Part shown: positions 1 to 12,100 of the stretch, in pieces
Layout of the letters: every line of letters starts with the position of its first letter
Position numbering within the stretch: position 1 is the first letter of the stretch
Origin: Macrostomum lignano
Lineage: Eukaryota
Direction: 5' to 3'
Length of the DNA stretch: 64,000 nucleotides
NCBI GenBank assembly: GCA_002269645.1
Contig: NIVC01001628.1
Coordinates: 62,001 to 126,000, forward strand
Translations under genes and position numbers: made by a program
The notes under the pieces: generated by a model
The model's input: the letters and a program-made list of their open reading frames with translations, nothing else
Database searches by the model: none
What the model was told of the DNA's origin: nothing

Positions 1-1087
1 ACTTTCACGTGTCCTTAATTATTAAATAGCATAGGACAAATTACAAATACAAATATTGCATTTATATTTGGTTCAGCTGTTCAGTCAGTGCGACTGTGCA
101 AAATAGCGGTACAGGCCACGGCACTCGTCAGAGTCAGAGAGACGAGAGAGTCAGATGCTGATTTAAATCTTAATCAATTAAAAACAGAAATCGAGATGAT
201 TAGGCCCAGTATGCGGTACACTTTCTCTGATGTTTAAATCGAGTCCGATCATTACTACTTTGTTCATCGTACCGTGGATGATCAATCTAGAGCTCTCGAT
301 CCCCTGAGCTATTTAAGATGGAAAGCGTTTGTTAAATTTAAAAAAGAAATTGGCTTCAAAGCTAAACTATAACATAATAATAGAGTTTTCTGTCTGAAGT
401 TTAAAAATAGCTTTTAAATGATTCTTCAGTAATTTTAGTAAAAACATTTTTTAAACAAAAAACTTTTGAACTACAAGGCTTGCTTAGGCATTATTTAAAA
501 TTCTTACTTTCATAGAATCAATCATTCAAGAGAGAAGAAAACTTAAAACACTTGTTCCATGAACTTAATATAGTACAGCCCAAAAATCTTTTTTACAGTG
601 TAAGCGGAGTGTAAGTGTAAGTGGGAACTACACTAGTTTTTTTTAATTACAGTGGATATAACTTTCAACTTTAGTTAGTACCGGTACACTGGGTAGGCCT
701 AATAAAGCCATAAAGGCCTAACGTTTTATTTCACATTGTGAATTAGCTGCATAATGACGAATGACGATGCCTTGTTATTTTAGCCAGGCAGCTTCTTGCA
801 TAAAACTTTGGGCATTCTTTCGTTTTACGATCACATAGCACTGTCCCTTTGGAAGTCGGGACTTTCGTTACACAATCCCCCATAGAAGACGAAAAAGTTA
901 AAATTGCTTTTAAAATCAAACTTCAAAATAGGACCACTTCTAAGCGTTTTTTTATTGTAGTATCAAATCTTGTGTCTTGTAGAAACGCATAGCTTATATT
1001 CACTTTTGTCATACAATTATTTAAATGGTTAAATTATATAATATAGGTGATTGCAGGACAAAACTGAACTCACTTTCATCCTACGAT

Positions 1088-1548
1088 CCATAGCTGGGAA
1101 GGTGGCAGTTTTTGGTGAATTTTCCGGCGCAAATTGGCCCTTTTTTGGCACACACGGTGCACACGGCGTACAAGGAAAAATTGGAAATGCTCTGGCGGTG
1201 CACATGGCGCATGGTGCTGAAAAAATATATAGTTACACTTTGTTATACTTTGCAAAATATATAGTGTCAGGCCTAATTCCATAATTCGTAAAATAAAATT
1301 ATGTAAATTATGTAAATTACATAAATTACGTAAATCACGATATAAAATATGTAAATGAAATTCAAATTTGTCTACCGTAAATTCCTTACGGTAGAATAAA
1401 TACCTTACCTTACCTTACTTTACCTTAGACTTATCTTATCATGGCGCGCTGCGGCGCACAAAATCTTTTCTTCATGGTGCACGGCGCACAATGCTCAAAA
1501 GCCATCAAAATAGTTCTGGCGCACACTGTGCCACCTTCCCGACTATGG
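1088..1548. mobile_element. Non-autonomous DNA transposon (MITE), 461 bp, 20-bp TIRs, perfect 8-bp TSD (hAT- or P-like)
   Basis: The left end CCATAGCTGGGAAGGTGGCA (1088-1107) is an 18/20 inverted match to the right end TGCCACCTTCCCGACTATGG (1529-1548). CCTACGAT flanks both sides (1080-1087 and 1549-1556). There is no coding capacity. Confidence 0.85.
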
Positions 1549-1556
1549 CCTACGAT

Positions 1557-1856
1557 CACCCTATAATATAAAGCATATGTCCATTTAACTGGGGGGATTG
1601 TAAAACAAAAGTGAGGGGTGTGGGTACCCAGAATTGGTTCGCAGTTTTCGCAGCTCTTTTTATCATTTCAAAATGATAGGAAATTGTTGGTATAATCAAC
1701 ATTTCAATTAAACAAACAATTTCAGCCTCTACAATGTCCACAAACCAAAAGCCGCAAAGCCACCAAAAACTGCAACCCAATTCTAGGCACTCACTTTTGT
1801 CTTACAATCCCCCCCAGTGCCCAGTTAAATGGACATATGTTTTATATTGTGGGGTG
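1557..1856. mobile_element. MITE with ~60-bp imperfect TIRs (CAC...GTG termini)
   Basis: CACCCTATAATATAAAGCATATGTCCATTTAACTGGGGGGATTGTAAAACAAAAGTGAG is mirrored at about 1790-1856. AT flanks both ends (1555-56 and 1857-58), a possible 2-bp TSD. Confidence 0.75.
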
Positions 1857-2504
1857 ATCAAAGACAAAAGTAAGTTCCATTTTGTCTTGCAATCACTTCT
1901 ATATATAATTTTACCATTTAAATGATCATATGACAAAAGTGAATATAAATTATGCACTTCTATAACTATGCTATGCCTACATTTCTATGATTTGCAGTGA
2001 CAATTTAAATTGACTTGGAAGTTAGTTTAATGGAAAATAAATGTGGAACGTAATTTTTTGATATATTGGAGTGTCCTGTTGACTCTTTTTAACAGAGATT
2101 GTAATACAAAACTGGATCTGCTTGGGGATCATAAAACAAAAGAATGCCAAACTCTGTTGTTTGAGTTTATAATTTTATTCTTAGATAATTTTAATATAAT
2201 AGTTTTTCCTATCTTTTTCTTTTAATTTAAGGTTTCTCATTAGGTCTTAAACTAATTTTCAATTTTGAGCTATGTATTACCAATAATAACATGAGTACTA
2301 ATAAATAAAGAGTTTATGACCAGTAATTATTAATGTTTCCAAAAATTTTTTCTTATCAATGATTATAGCAATTATATGCATAGGGCCTAGGCCCTAGTTA
2401 GGTCAAAGTGCAAGCATAGACAAAGAGAAAGCCAAGCAAAGCATAGACTGAGATAAGATGCAGTAGCAGACCCACCACATGTAAAATGCACAATTAGAAA
2501 TTGC

Positions 2505-2846
2505 AGTTTCTGAATTGCAGTTTTGGTGAGTCATTGATTGCAGTGTCTGAATTGCAGTTTTTGGTGAGTCATTGATTGCAGTGTCTGAATTACAGTTTTG
2601 GTGAGTCATTGATTGCAGTGTCTGAATTGCAGTTTTTGGCGAGTCATTGATTGCAGTGTCTGAATTACAGTTTTGGTGAGTCATTGATTGCAGTGTCTGA
2701 ATTACAGTTTTGGTGAGTCATTGATTGCAGTGTCTGAATTACAGTTTTGGTGAGTCATTGATTGCAGTGTCTGAATTACAGTTTTGGTAAGTCTGAATTG
2801 ATTGCAGTGTCTGAATTGCAGTTTTTGGCGAGTCATTGATTGCAGT
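2505..2846. repeat. Minisatellite, 37-38-bp unit, ~9 copies
   Basis: Tandem TTGGTGAGTCATTGATTGCAGTGTCTGAATTRCAGTT(T). Confidence 0.95.
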
Positions 2847-3129
2847 TAACTGAAATCGCGTTGACTCTGCTGTAAGCAATTTCAGCTCAAAAAACGACTT
2901 TGTTTAAGTTTTGCAATTTGTCTCTTTGATTTCGTGTCTGATTCTTGAGTCCAAGCAAAGTCCACAGCTTGCATCAAACGAACAGTTTTTAGCAAGTGCA
3001 GTTGACAAAAGAAGATTTGAATCTGGTCTGGTGCAAACGCATGAACAGTTTCACTAGGTTACTCGGGGCAGGATCTGTCTGTCTATTTCAATGCCAGGCA
3101 GTTTTTTTACCTGTGCACTATACAGCGGG

Positions 3130-3184
3130 CCTGTCATTGGCTGCGGGTTTCTCACACTCAACCCCCGCCCTGCCTCCCTCAGCC
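3130..3184 (+). promoter_or_regulatory. Putative proximal promoter or acceptor region of APEX2
   Basis: A reverse CCAAT box (ATTGG, ~3135), a GC box (CCCGCCC, ~3164), and a pyrimidine tract plus CAG ending 2 nt before the ATG. Confidence 0.35.
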
Positions 3185-6100
3185 ATGCCAGTCCACCTGC
3201 TAACGTGGAACATTAATGGCATCAGGTCTCTGCCGCGGCCCTTTGCCGAAGTGCTGCCCTCATTGGGCGCCGATATTGTCTGCCTGCAGGAGACCAAAGT
3301 GACGCGTGAGCCTCTGCTCTGTTTTGTTTTTCTGCCCCAGCTGCGTGGGTGCGGCAGTTGAAGGGGGGGGGGGTGAGTCGCTGGTGCAGCCCGAGTTCAA
3401 CCCGAGGGTGACCGCAGTGCTGTCTGGGTCCGCGCTTTCATTGGACAATGGGATTGGATAAGCTTATTTATAGCTGGGGTCGCTGCCGGCCTGACGTCGG
3501 TGCTTGCTTTCATTTGGGCCAGCCAGAGCGTGGCATTTTAATTTGTATTGCTTTAGAGGCTGCTCAGAGACTCACTATGTAAAGATTGTCCGCCGCAGGC
3601 GACCAACTGGACAGCAGCCTCGTCCATGTCGACGGATTCAACGCGTTCTTCGCCTTCTGCCGAGTCCGCGGCGGCTACTCCGGTGTAGCCGTCTACTGCT
3701 CCGACCGGCTGCGCCCACTGCGCGCCGGCGACTCCCTGCTGGGTGCCGGCGGACCCGACGACTCCGTGGGCTCCTGGCCTGATGGGCCCGGCCTGTCCGC
3801 TGCCGTCGGCTGCGACGATGACCCGGCGGCCCGGGTGGCCTTGGACAGCGAAGGCCGCTGCCTGCTGATCGAATTTCCCACCAGGTCTGTGTTGGCGCGT
3901 TTGCTTGATGGCCTCACCCCAGATCCTCAGTTGCTGGGCCAGCCTCCCAGATCCTCAGTCTCTGGGCCAGCCTCCCAGATCCTCAGTCTCTGGGCCAGCC
4001 TCCCAGATCCTCAGTCTCTGGGCCAGCCTCCCAGATCCTCAGTTACTGGACCAGCCTCCCAGATCCTCAGTCTCTGGGCCAGCCTCCCAGATCCTCAGTC
4101 TCTGGGCCAGCCTCCCAGATCCTCAGTTACTGGACCAGCCTCCCAGATCCTTAGTTGCTGGGCCAGCCTCCCAGATCCTCAGTTGCTGGGCCAGCCTCCC
4201 AGATCCTCAGTCTCTGGGCCAGCCTCCCAGATCCTCAGTTGCTGGGCCAGCCTCCCAGATCCTCAGTCTCTGGGCCAGCCTCCCAGATCCTCAGTTGCTG
4301 GGCCAGCCTCCCAGAGCCTCAGTTTCTGGGCCAGCCTCCCAGATCCTCAGTCTCTGGGCCAGCCTCCCATATTCTCAGTTTTTGGGCCAGCCTCCCAGAT
4401 CCTCAGTCTCTGGGCCAGCCTCCCAGATCCTCAGTCTCTGGGCCAGCCTCCCAGATCCTCAGTTACTGGACCAGCCTCCCAGATCCTCAGTCTCTGGGCC
4501 AGCCTCCCAGATTCTCAGTTACTGGGCCAGCCTCCCAGATCCTCAGTTGCTGGGCCAGCCTCCCAGATCCTCAGTTGCTGGGCCAGCCTCCCAGATCCTC
4601 AGTCTCTGGGCCAGCCTCCCAGATCCTCAGTCTCTGGGCCAGCCTCCCAGATCCTCAGTCTCTGGGCCAGCCTCCCAGATCCTCAGTTGCTGGGCCAGCC
4701 TCCCAGATCCTCAGTCTCTGGGCCAGCCTCCCAGATCCTCAGTCTCTGGGCCAGCCTCCCAGATCCTCAGTCTCTGGGCCAGCCTCCCAGATCCTCAGTT
4801 ACTGGGCCAGCCTCCCAGATCCTCAGTCTCTGGGCCAGCCTCCCAGATCCTTAGTTGCTGGGCCAGCCTCCCAGATCCTCAGTTGCTGGGCCAGCCTCCC
4901 AGATCCTCAGTCTCTGGGCCAGCCTCCCAGATCCTCAGTTACTGGGCCAGCCTCCCAGATCCTCAGTCTCTGGGCCAGCCTCCCAGATCCTTAGTTGCTG
5001 GGCCAGCCTCCCAGATCCTCAGTTGCTGGGCCAGCCTCCCAGATCCTCAGTCTCTGGGCCAGCCTCCCAGATCCTCAGTTGCTGGGCCAGCCTCCCAGAT
5101 CCTCAGTTGCTGGGCCAGCCTCCCAGATCCTCAGTCTCTGGGCCAGCCTCCCAGATCCTCAGTTGCTGGGCCAGCCTCCCAGATCCTCAGTTGCTGGGCC
5201 AGCCTCCCAGATCCTCAGTTGCTGGGCCAGCCTCCCAGATCCTCAGTTGCTGGGCCAGCCTCCCAGATCCTCAGTTGCTGGGCCAGCCTCCCAGATCCTC
5301 ACTCACTCAATTTCTACGCCTGCAACAAAGCAGCGACGGCCGCGGCCTGGTGCTCATTACCGTCTACTGCCCGAATGCCGACCCGTCCAACGAGGCTCGA
5401 ATGCAGTTCAAAATGCGCTACCACCGGCTGCTGCGGCTGAGGGCGGACTGCCTGCTCAGGAGTGGCAAGTGAGCGGCCCTGACTAACTGTGGTGCTGTCA
5501 TTTTCTCCGGGTCTTTTGCGTCTGCGTCCTTTGAGCCATGCAGTCTCAAAGCCCCGTATTTGTTAGTGCTCTATTTGAGTCCTGAGGTATTGAGTACTTA
5601 TCTCCGATTCCTGAAGTCTTGCCATTTCAAGAGTCTGGCCATCCCTGAGGCCTGAAGTTTCGAGTCTGGCCATCCCTGAGCCCTGAAGTGTCCATTTTTA
5701 CCATCCCTGAGGCTTGAAGTGTCGAGTCTGACCATCCCTGAGGCCTAAGGTTTTTTGTTGGTCTATCCCTGAGGCCTGAAGTTTTGAGTCTGGCCATCCC
5801 TGAGGCCTGAAGTTTTGAGTCTAACCATTCCTGAGGCCTGAAGTGTCGAGTCTGACCATCCCTGAGGCCTGAAGTGTCGAGTCTGACCATCCCTGAGGCC
5901 TAAGGTTTTTTGTTGGTCTATCCCTGAGGCCTGAAGTTTTGAGTCTGGCCATCCCTGAGGCCTGAAGTTTTGAGTCTAACCATTCCTGAGGCCTGAAGTG
6001 TCGAGTCTGACCATCCCTGAGGCCTGAAGTGTCGAGTCTGGCCATCCCTGAGGCCTGAAGTGTCGAGTCTGGCCATCCCTGAGGCCTGAAGTGTCGAGTC

Positions 6101-9100
6101 TGGCCATCCCTGAGGCCTGAAGTGTCGAGTCTGACCATCCCTGAGGCCTGAAGTGTCGAGTCTGACCATCCCTTAGGCCTGAAGTGTCGAGTCTGACCAT
6201 CCCTGAGGCCTGAAGTGTCGAGTCTGACCATCCCTGAGGCCTGAAGTGTCGAGTCTGACCATCCCTGAGGCCTGAAGTGTCGAGTCTGGCCATCCCTGAG
6301 GCCTGAAGTGTCGAGTCTGACCATCCCTGAGGCCTGAAGTGTCGAGTCTGACCATCCCTGAGGCCTGAAGTGTCGAGTCTGACCATCCCTGAGGCCTGAA
6401 GTGTCGAGTCTGGCCATCCCTGAGGCCTGAAGTGTCGAGTCTGGCCATCCCTGAGGCCTGAAGTGTCGAGCCTGGTCATTCCTCAGCCCTGAAGTTTTTT
6501 AACCTTCCATCTTTAAACTGTCCCCTCTTCGTCAACTAATTATCATAATTTATGCGGGACCAACCGACTCCCACTCGCAGGCACGTGATCATCGCCGGCG
6601 ACCTGAACGTGTCGCACCGCCTCATCGATCACTGCGAGACGGCCGAGGCTCTGCCGATCAGCGGCGGCGATGGCGAGGTGAGGTTTTGGGTTGTTGTCAA
6701 GGCCGCGTGCCCGCGAGAATTATCTCTAATTCAACTGAGAGCTCTCGTTCTTGCCCCCCCCTTTTGAGGGCAGGACAGGCAGTCATTAGAGAGATAAGAG
6801 ATAAGCGAGCGCGCGCACCTGAGCACCTGCCTAAAATTGCCCTTGATTTGCTCCGCTTTAGTGGCTGCTCCAAAGGATATCCGATCCGCCCATCCCCTTC
6901 CCCGGCCATGGCATTTCCGCCCCTCCCATCCCTCATCTGTGTGTCTGTTCAACCCGGCTTCAGTGCCTTGTGAGTGCAGGTGCACTTTGCCGGTGTGAGT
7001 AGCAGTTTCAGAGCTAATTATTGGCTGTTATAGTTATTATTTTTGTTCTCGTCTTTTAGCGGATTGCAAAATTCAACAAATCTGCTAGATTTGGTGCTTA
7101 GCTGTTAGATTTGGCGCTTAGCTGTTAGATTTGGTGCTTAGCTGTTAGATTTGGCGCTTAGCTGTTAGATTTGGCGCTTAGCTGTTAGAGTTGGTGCTTA
7201 GCTGTTAGATTTGGCGCTTAGCTGTTAGATTTGGCGCTTAGCTGTTAGATTTGGTGTTTAGCTGTTATATTGGGTGCTTAGCTGTTAGATTTGGCGCTTA
7301 GCTGTTAGATTTGGTGCTTAGCTGTTAGATTTGGCGCTTAGCTGTTAGATTTGGCGCTTAGCTGTTAGAGTTGGTGCTTAGCTGTTAGAGTTGGTGCTTA
7401 GCTGTTAGATTTGGTGCTTAGCTGTTAGATTTGGTGCTTAGCTGTTAGAGTTGGTGCTTAGCTGTTAGATTTGGCGCTTAGCTGTTAGATTTGGTGCTTA
7501 GCTGTTAGATTTGGCGCTTAGCTGTTAGATTTGGTGCTTAGCTGTTAGATTTGGCGCTTAGCTGTTAGATTTGGTGCTTAGCTGTTAGATTTGACGCTTA
7601 GCTGTTAGATTTGGTGCTTAGCTGTTAGATTTGGCGCTTAGCTGTTAGATTTGGCGCTTAGCTGTTAGATTTGGCGCTTAGCTGTTAGATTTGGCGCTTA
7701 GCTGTTAGATTTGGTGCTTAGCTGTTAGATTTGGCGCTTAGCTGTTAGGTTTGGCGCTTAGCTGTTAGGTTTGGTGCTTAGCTGTTAGATTTGACGCTTA
7801 GCTGTTAGATTTGGTGCTTAGCTGTTAGATTTGGCGCTTAGCTGTTAGATTTGGCGCTTAGCTGTTAGATTTGGCGCTTAGCTGTTAGATTTGGCGCTTA
7901 GCTGTTAGATTTGGTGCTTAGCTGTTAGATTTGGCGCTTAGCTGTTAGGTTTGGCGCTTAGCTGTTAGGTTTGGCGCTTAGCTGTTAGGTTTGGCGCTTA
8001 GCTATTAGATATAGCGCTTAGCTGTTAGATATGACGCTTAGCTATTAGATATAGCGCTTAGCTGTTAGATAAGGCACTCATGTACTGTATTACATGCCCA
8101 TCTATTTATCAGGCAGTACCCAGCTGAATATCAGACCACTTAACTTGCAGCTTATCTCCACACTGTAGTCATTTTTTGTCCCGTCATAAAATTTCTGCAC
8201 CACAAAATGCCAGCAGCTTGTTGAGCCTCCAGAAACCGTCCCGCTTGTTTCTTAACCCCCCCCCCTCCCCCCTTGTTACGTGCCCCCAACCCCGCGTTTG
8301 CCTGCTGACCAGCCCAGCCCAGCCCCCTCATGGCAGGACCTGTCAGCCCGAGTGCAGTCGCAGTTTGCCACGGGTGCGGCTGGAATTTTTGCTAGCAGAA
8401 TAATTTTAATCCGCTTCTTTTCATTCAATGGCGACTAACTGCCGTCCTGCCCTCTTCTCCCCACTGCTGGGGTCTCTGCGGACTGCGGGATCTCCCACTG
8501 TCTGGCCCAAATCATTTTACAACCGTTGAGTCTGCGTTTCGTAAAGACAGGGCGGTGCGAGCTGGTACCGACACTGCCTAAATGTCGGACTGGGCTGTCA
8601 ATGAGACAACTTCTGTTATAATGTATTTGTAGGTGCTTATTGAGACACAGTTGCTTAAGCAAATATGCTCTGTTGGAGAGCTGGGAGGCACCAATTCCAG
8701 TGCTGGGGGAACGCCAATTCCAGTGCTGGAGGAGTGCCAATTCTAGTGTTGGGGGAGCGCCAATTCCAGTGGTGGGGAGTGCCAATTCCAGTGCTGGGGG
8801 AAGCGCCAATTCCAGTGCTGGGGAGTGCCAATTCCAGTGCTGGGGGAAGCGCCAATTCCAGTGCTGGGGGAGTGCCAATTCCAGTGCTGGGGGAAACGCC
8901 AATTCCAGTGCTGGGGGAAACGCCAATTCCAGTGGTGGGGGAAGCGCCAATTCCAGTGCTGGGGGAAACGTTAATTCCAGTGGTGGGGGAAGCGCCAATT
9001 CCAGTGCTGAGGGGAGCGCCAATTCCAGTGGTAGGGGAAACGCCAATTCCAGTGATGGGGGAAGCGCCAATTCCAGTGGTGGGGGGAGCGCCAATTCCAG

Positions 9101-12100
9101 TGATGGGGGAAACGCCAATTCCAGTGCTGGGGGAGTGCCAATTCCAGTGCTGGGGGAAGCGCCAATTCCAGTGATGGGGGAAGCGCCAATTCCAGTGCTG
9201 GGGGAGTGCCAATTCCAGTGCTGGGGGAAACGCCAATTCCAGTGCTGGGGGAAACGCCAATTCCAGTGCTGGGGGAAGCGCCAATTCCAGTGATGGGGGA
9301 AGCGCCAATTCCAGTGCTGGGGGAGTGCCAATTCCAGTGCTGGGGGAAACGCCAATTCCAGTGCTGGGGGAAACGCCAATTCCAGTGGTGGGGGAAGCGC
9401 CAATTCCAGTGCTGAGGGGAGCGCCAATTCCAGTGGTAGGGGAAACGCCAATTCCAGTGATGGGGGAAGCGCCAATTCCAGTGGTGGGGGGAGCGCCAAT
9501 TCCAGTGATGGGGGAAGCGCCAATTCCAGTGGTGGGGGAAGCGCCAATTCCAGTGATGGGGGAAGCGCCAATTCCAGTGCTGAGGGGAGCGCCAGTTCCA
9601 GTGCGTCAATTTGGATGCCCGTGTACGAAATTGTCAATTTGTAATAAATAAATAATTGAATATTATATTTATATTAAATTTGCATCTCAAAGGCTGCAAT
9701 GCTCCCTCATCTAAGGGCTGCTGTATCAGGCTACGGACAGATGAATTCTAACAAACTAAGTGCCCAGAGCTCTTGTGTATTTATTGTCTAAACTGCCTCT
9801 GTTCCTGTTTGTCCAAGCTGTTAAATTTTCATTATCTTAAAGAAATTAAAACTCGCCGATAGTTTTAAAACTTGTAATATATTCACTCATAGATGATGCA
9901 GAGTGCTCAGTCTCTGTGTTGGGACATGAAAATCGGGATGAAACTCCCTCTCAGGCTTAGCAATCTATCCAGTTTCAATTTGGCGTAGGCGGTCGGGTAG
10001 TTGCTGCTTCTGCTGTTGCTCTCTTGCCAAGCCCCCTATCAGCCCTGCTCAGCGGGCGGCTGGCTACTCAGGCTGAGCTGAGCAAAATTCTACACTGTAT
10101 GAAGCTCCGCGCAGATGAGGGCAGCCTGCGGGGATCAGCAAAGAGTATGGAGGGAAGCGGATGCTGAGCAATCCAATTTGCCAAATTGTCATCGCTTTTT
10201 TACACGCGGCTTCTAAAAGTGCAGAAAACTATAAATGGTTTTGGGGTATTAAACTGATAAAACATGTCTTGATAGCGCAGAGCACAGGGAGTTAAACTAA
10301 GTTTGGTTAAAATTAAGTTCGGAGCATATAAAAGTGCATCGACTTTCTGGAATTTGGGTCTCCGGTTTTTTCTTAAGAGTCGGAGACCCCCTGACTCTTT
10401 CTGTCTGGAGGTCAATCGAGAACCAGTTGCACTTCCCTGTCGCACTTCCCTGTCTGGGGCAGCGGGGAGTTGGAGACTAATAAACCAACTTTTAAGCGTC
10501 TCCACTGGTGTCTGTCAGAACAGAAAAGCGCTCCTGCACAATGGTGTAACATGCTGTAACATATGCTTTATCGAGGAGAGAATGAGAGCGCAACTCCTGA
10601 GACTACTAAGCGGGATCGCTGCTCCAAAGCCAAGATAAAACACCTGACACCCACTAGCACTCAGTACGCATTTCTGAGGCTACCCCATCAGTAGGCTGAG
10701 GCCACCCTATCAGCAGGGTGAGGCCTCCCTATCAGTAGGCTGAGGCCACCCTATCAGCAGAGTGAGGCTACCCTATCAGCAGGGTGAGGCCACCCTATCA
10801 GCAGGGTGAGGCTACCCTATCAGCAGGGCGAGGCTACCCTATCAGCAGGGCGAGGCTACCCTATTAGGGTGGGGCTACCCTATCAGCAGGGTGAGGCTAC
10901 CCTATCAGCAGGCTGAGGCTACCCTATCAGCAGGGTGAGGCTACCCTATCAGCAGGGTGAGGCTACCTTATCAGCAGGGTGAGGCCACCCTATCAGCAGG
11001 GTGAGGCTACCCTATCAGCAGGGTGAGGCTACCTTATCAGCAGGGTGAGGCCACCCTATCAGCAGGGTGAGGCTACCCTATCAGCAGGGTGAGGCCACCC
11101 TATCAGCAGGGTGAGGCTACCCTATCAGCAGGGTGAGGCTACCCTATCAGCAGGCTGAGGCTACCCTATTAGGGTGGGGCTACCCTATCAGCAGGGTATC
11201 ATAATGTGAAATAAGGCGCAGGTTCAGCCGTAGTCCTCATTTCCTGTTTGCGTTGAGAAGCTAAAAAATTACCAAGGCAATAAAAAGCTTTAAAGCTTTT
11301 CAAAGCAGTAATCAGCTGCGTAAAAAAGCTTTTACAACTATCGAATTCAAGCGCAGACAGAGACGGCCAGTGCATCGATTTTTGATAACTGATTGATTTT
11401 CTGGCCTGGGATCGCATTGCCGCTGCGTTAGTCAGGGATCAGGCAGACCCTGAGCCGGATTACTCTGGCCTTCCTTGTTATAAAAAGCCTCTGTGTGGAA
11501 TTAATCGCTTGACTTTTTCTGCTTCCTGGGTTCACTTGCTAAGGCAGCAACACCAGTGTCCTTTGCTGGTAGTGCCAGACAGTGCTAAAGCAACGATTGG
11601 CCACCGCCTCCGTTTCCATGGCAGCCGGCCGGCCGCGGCTCCTACTCGGACGCGCTGCACCAGTCCTTCCTGGCCAAGCCGGTGCGGCACTGGCTGGACC
11701 GGCTGCTGGTTGCCAGGCAGTGGGACCCCGCACTCGCTGCTCACCGAGGCGAGCTCAGCTCCGAGTCGGACTCAAACTCGGACTCAAATTCCGACTCCGG
11801 CTCCGCTGACGATGCCGACCAGCGCCGATTTATCGACGCATTCCGTCAGCGGCACCCGGACAGGCGGGACGCGTACACCTGCTGGTGCAGCCGCACGGGG
11901 GCGCGGCAGACCAACTACGGCAATCGGATTGACTACGTGCTGGGTGAGTGTCTGAGCCTTGCTGTTGAAGAAAGCCGCTTGCTCCTTGGGGCGAGAGGGG
12001 AGACAAGATAGGGGAGAAAGGGGAGACAGGAGAGAAGTAGAGGGGAAAAATGAGAGTGGGCGAGAGGGGGGAACGGAAGAAGAGAGGAGAGAGAGGGAAA

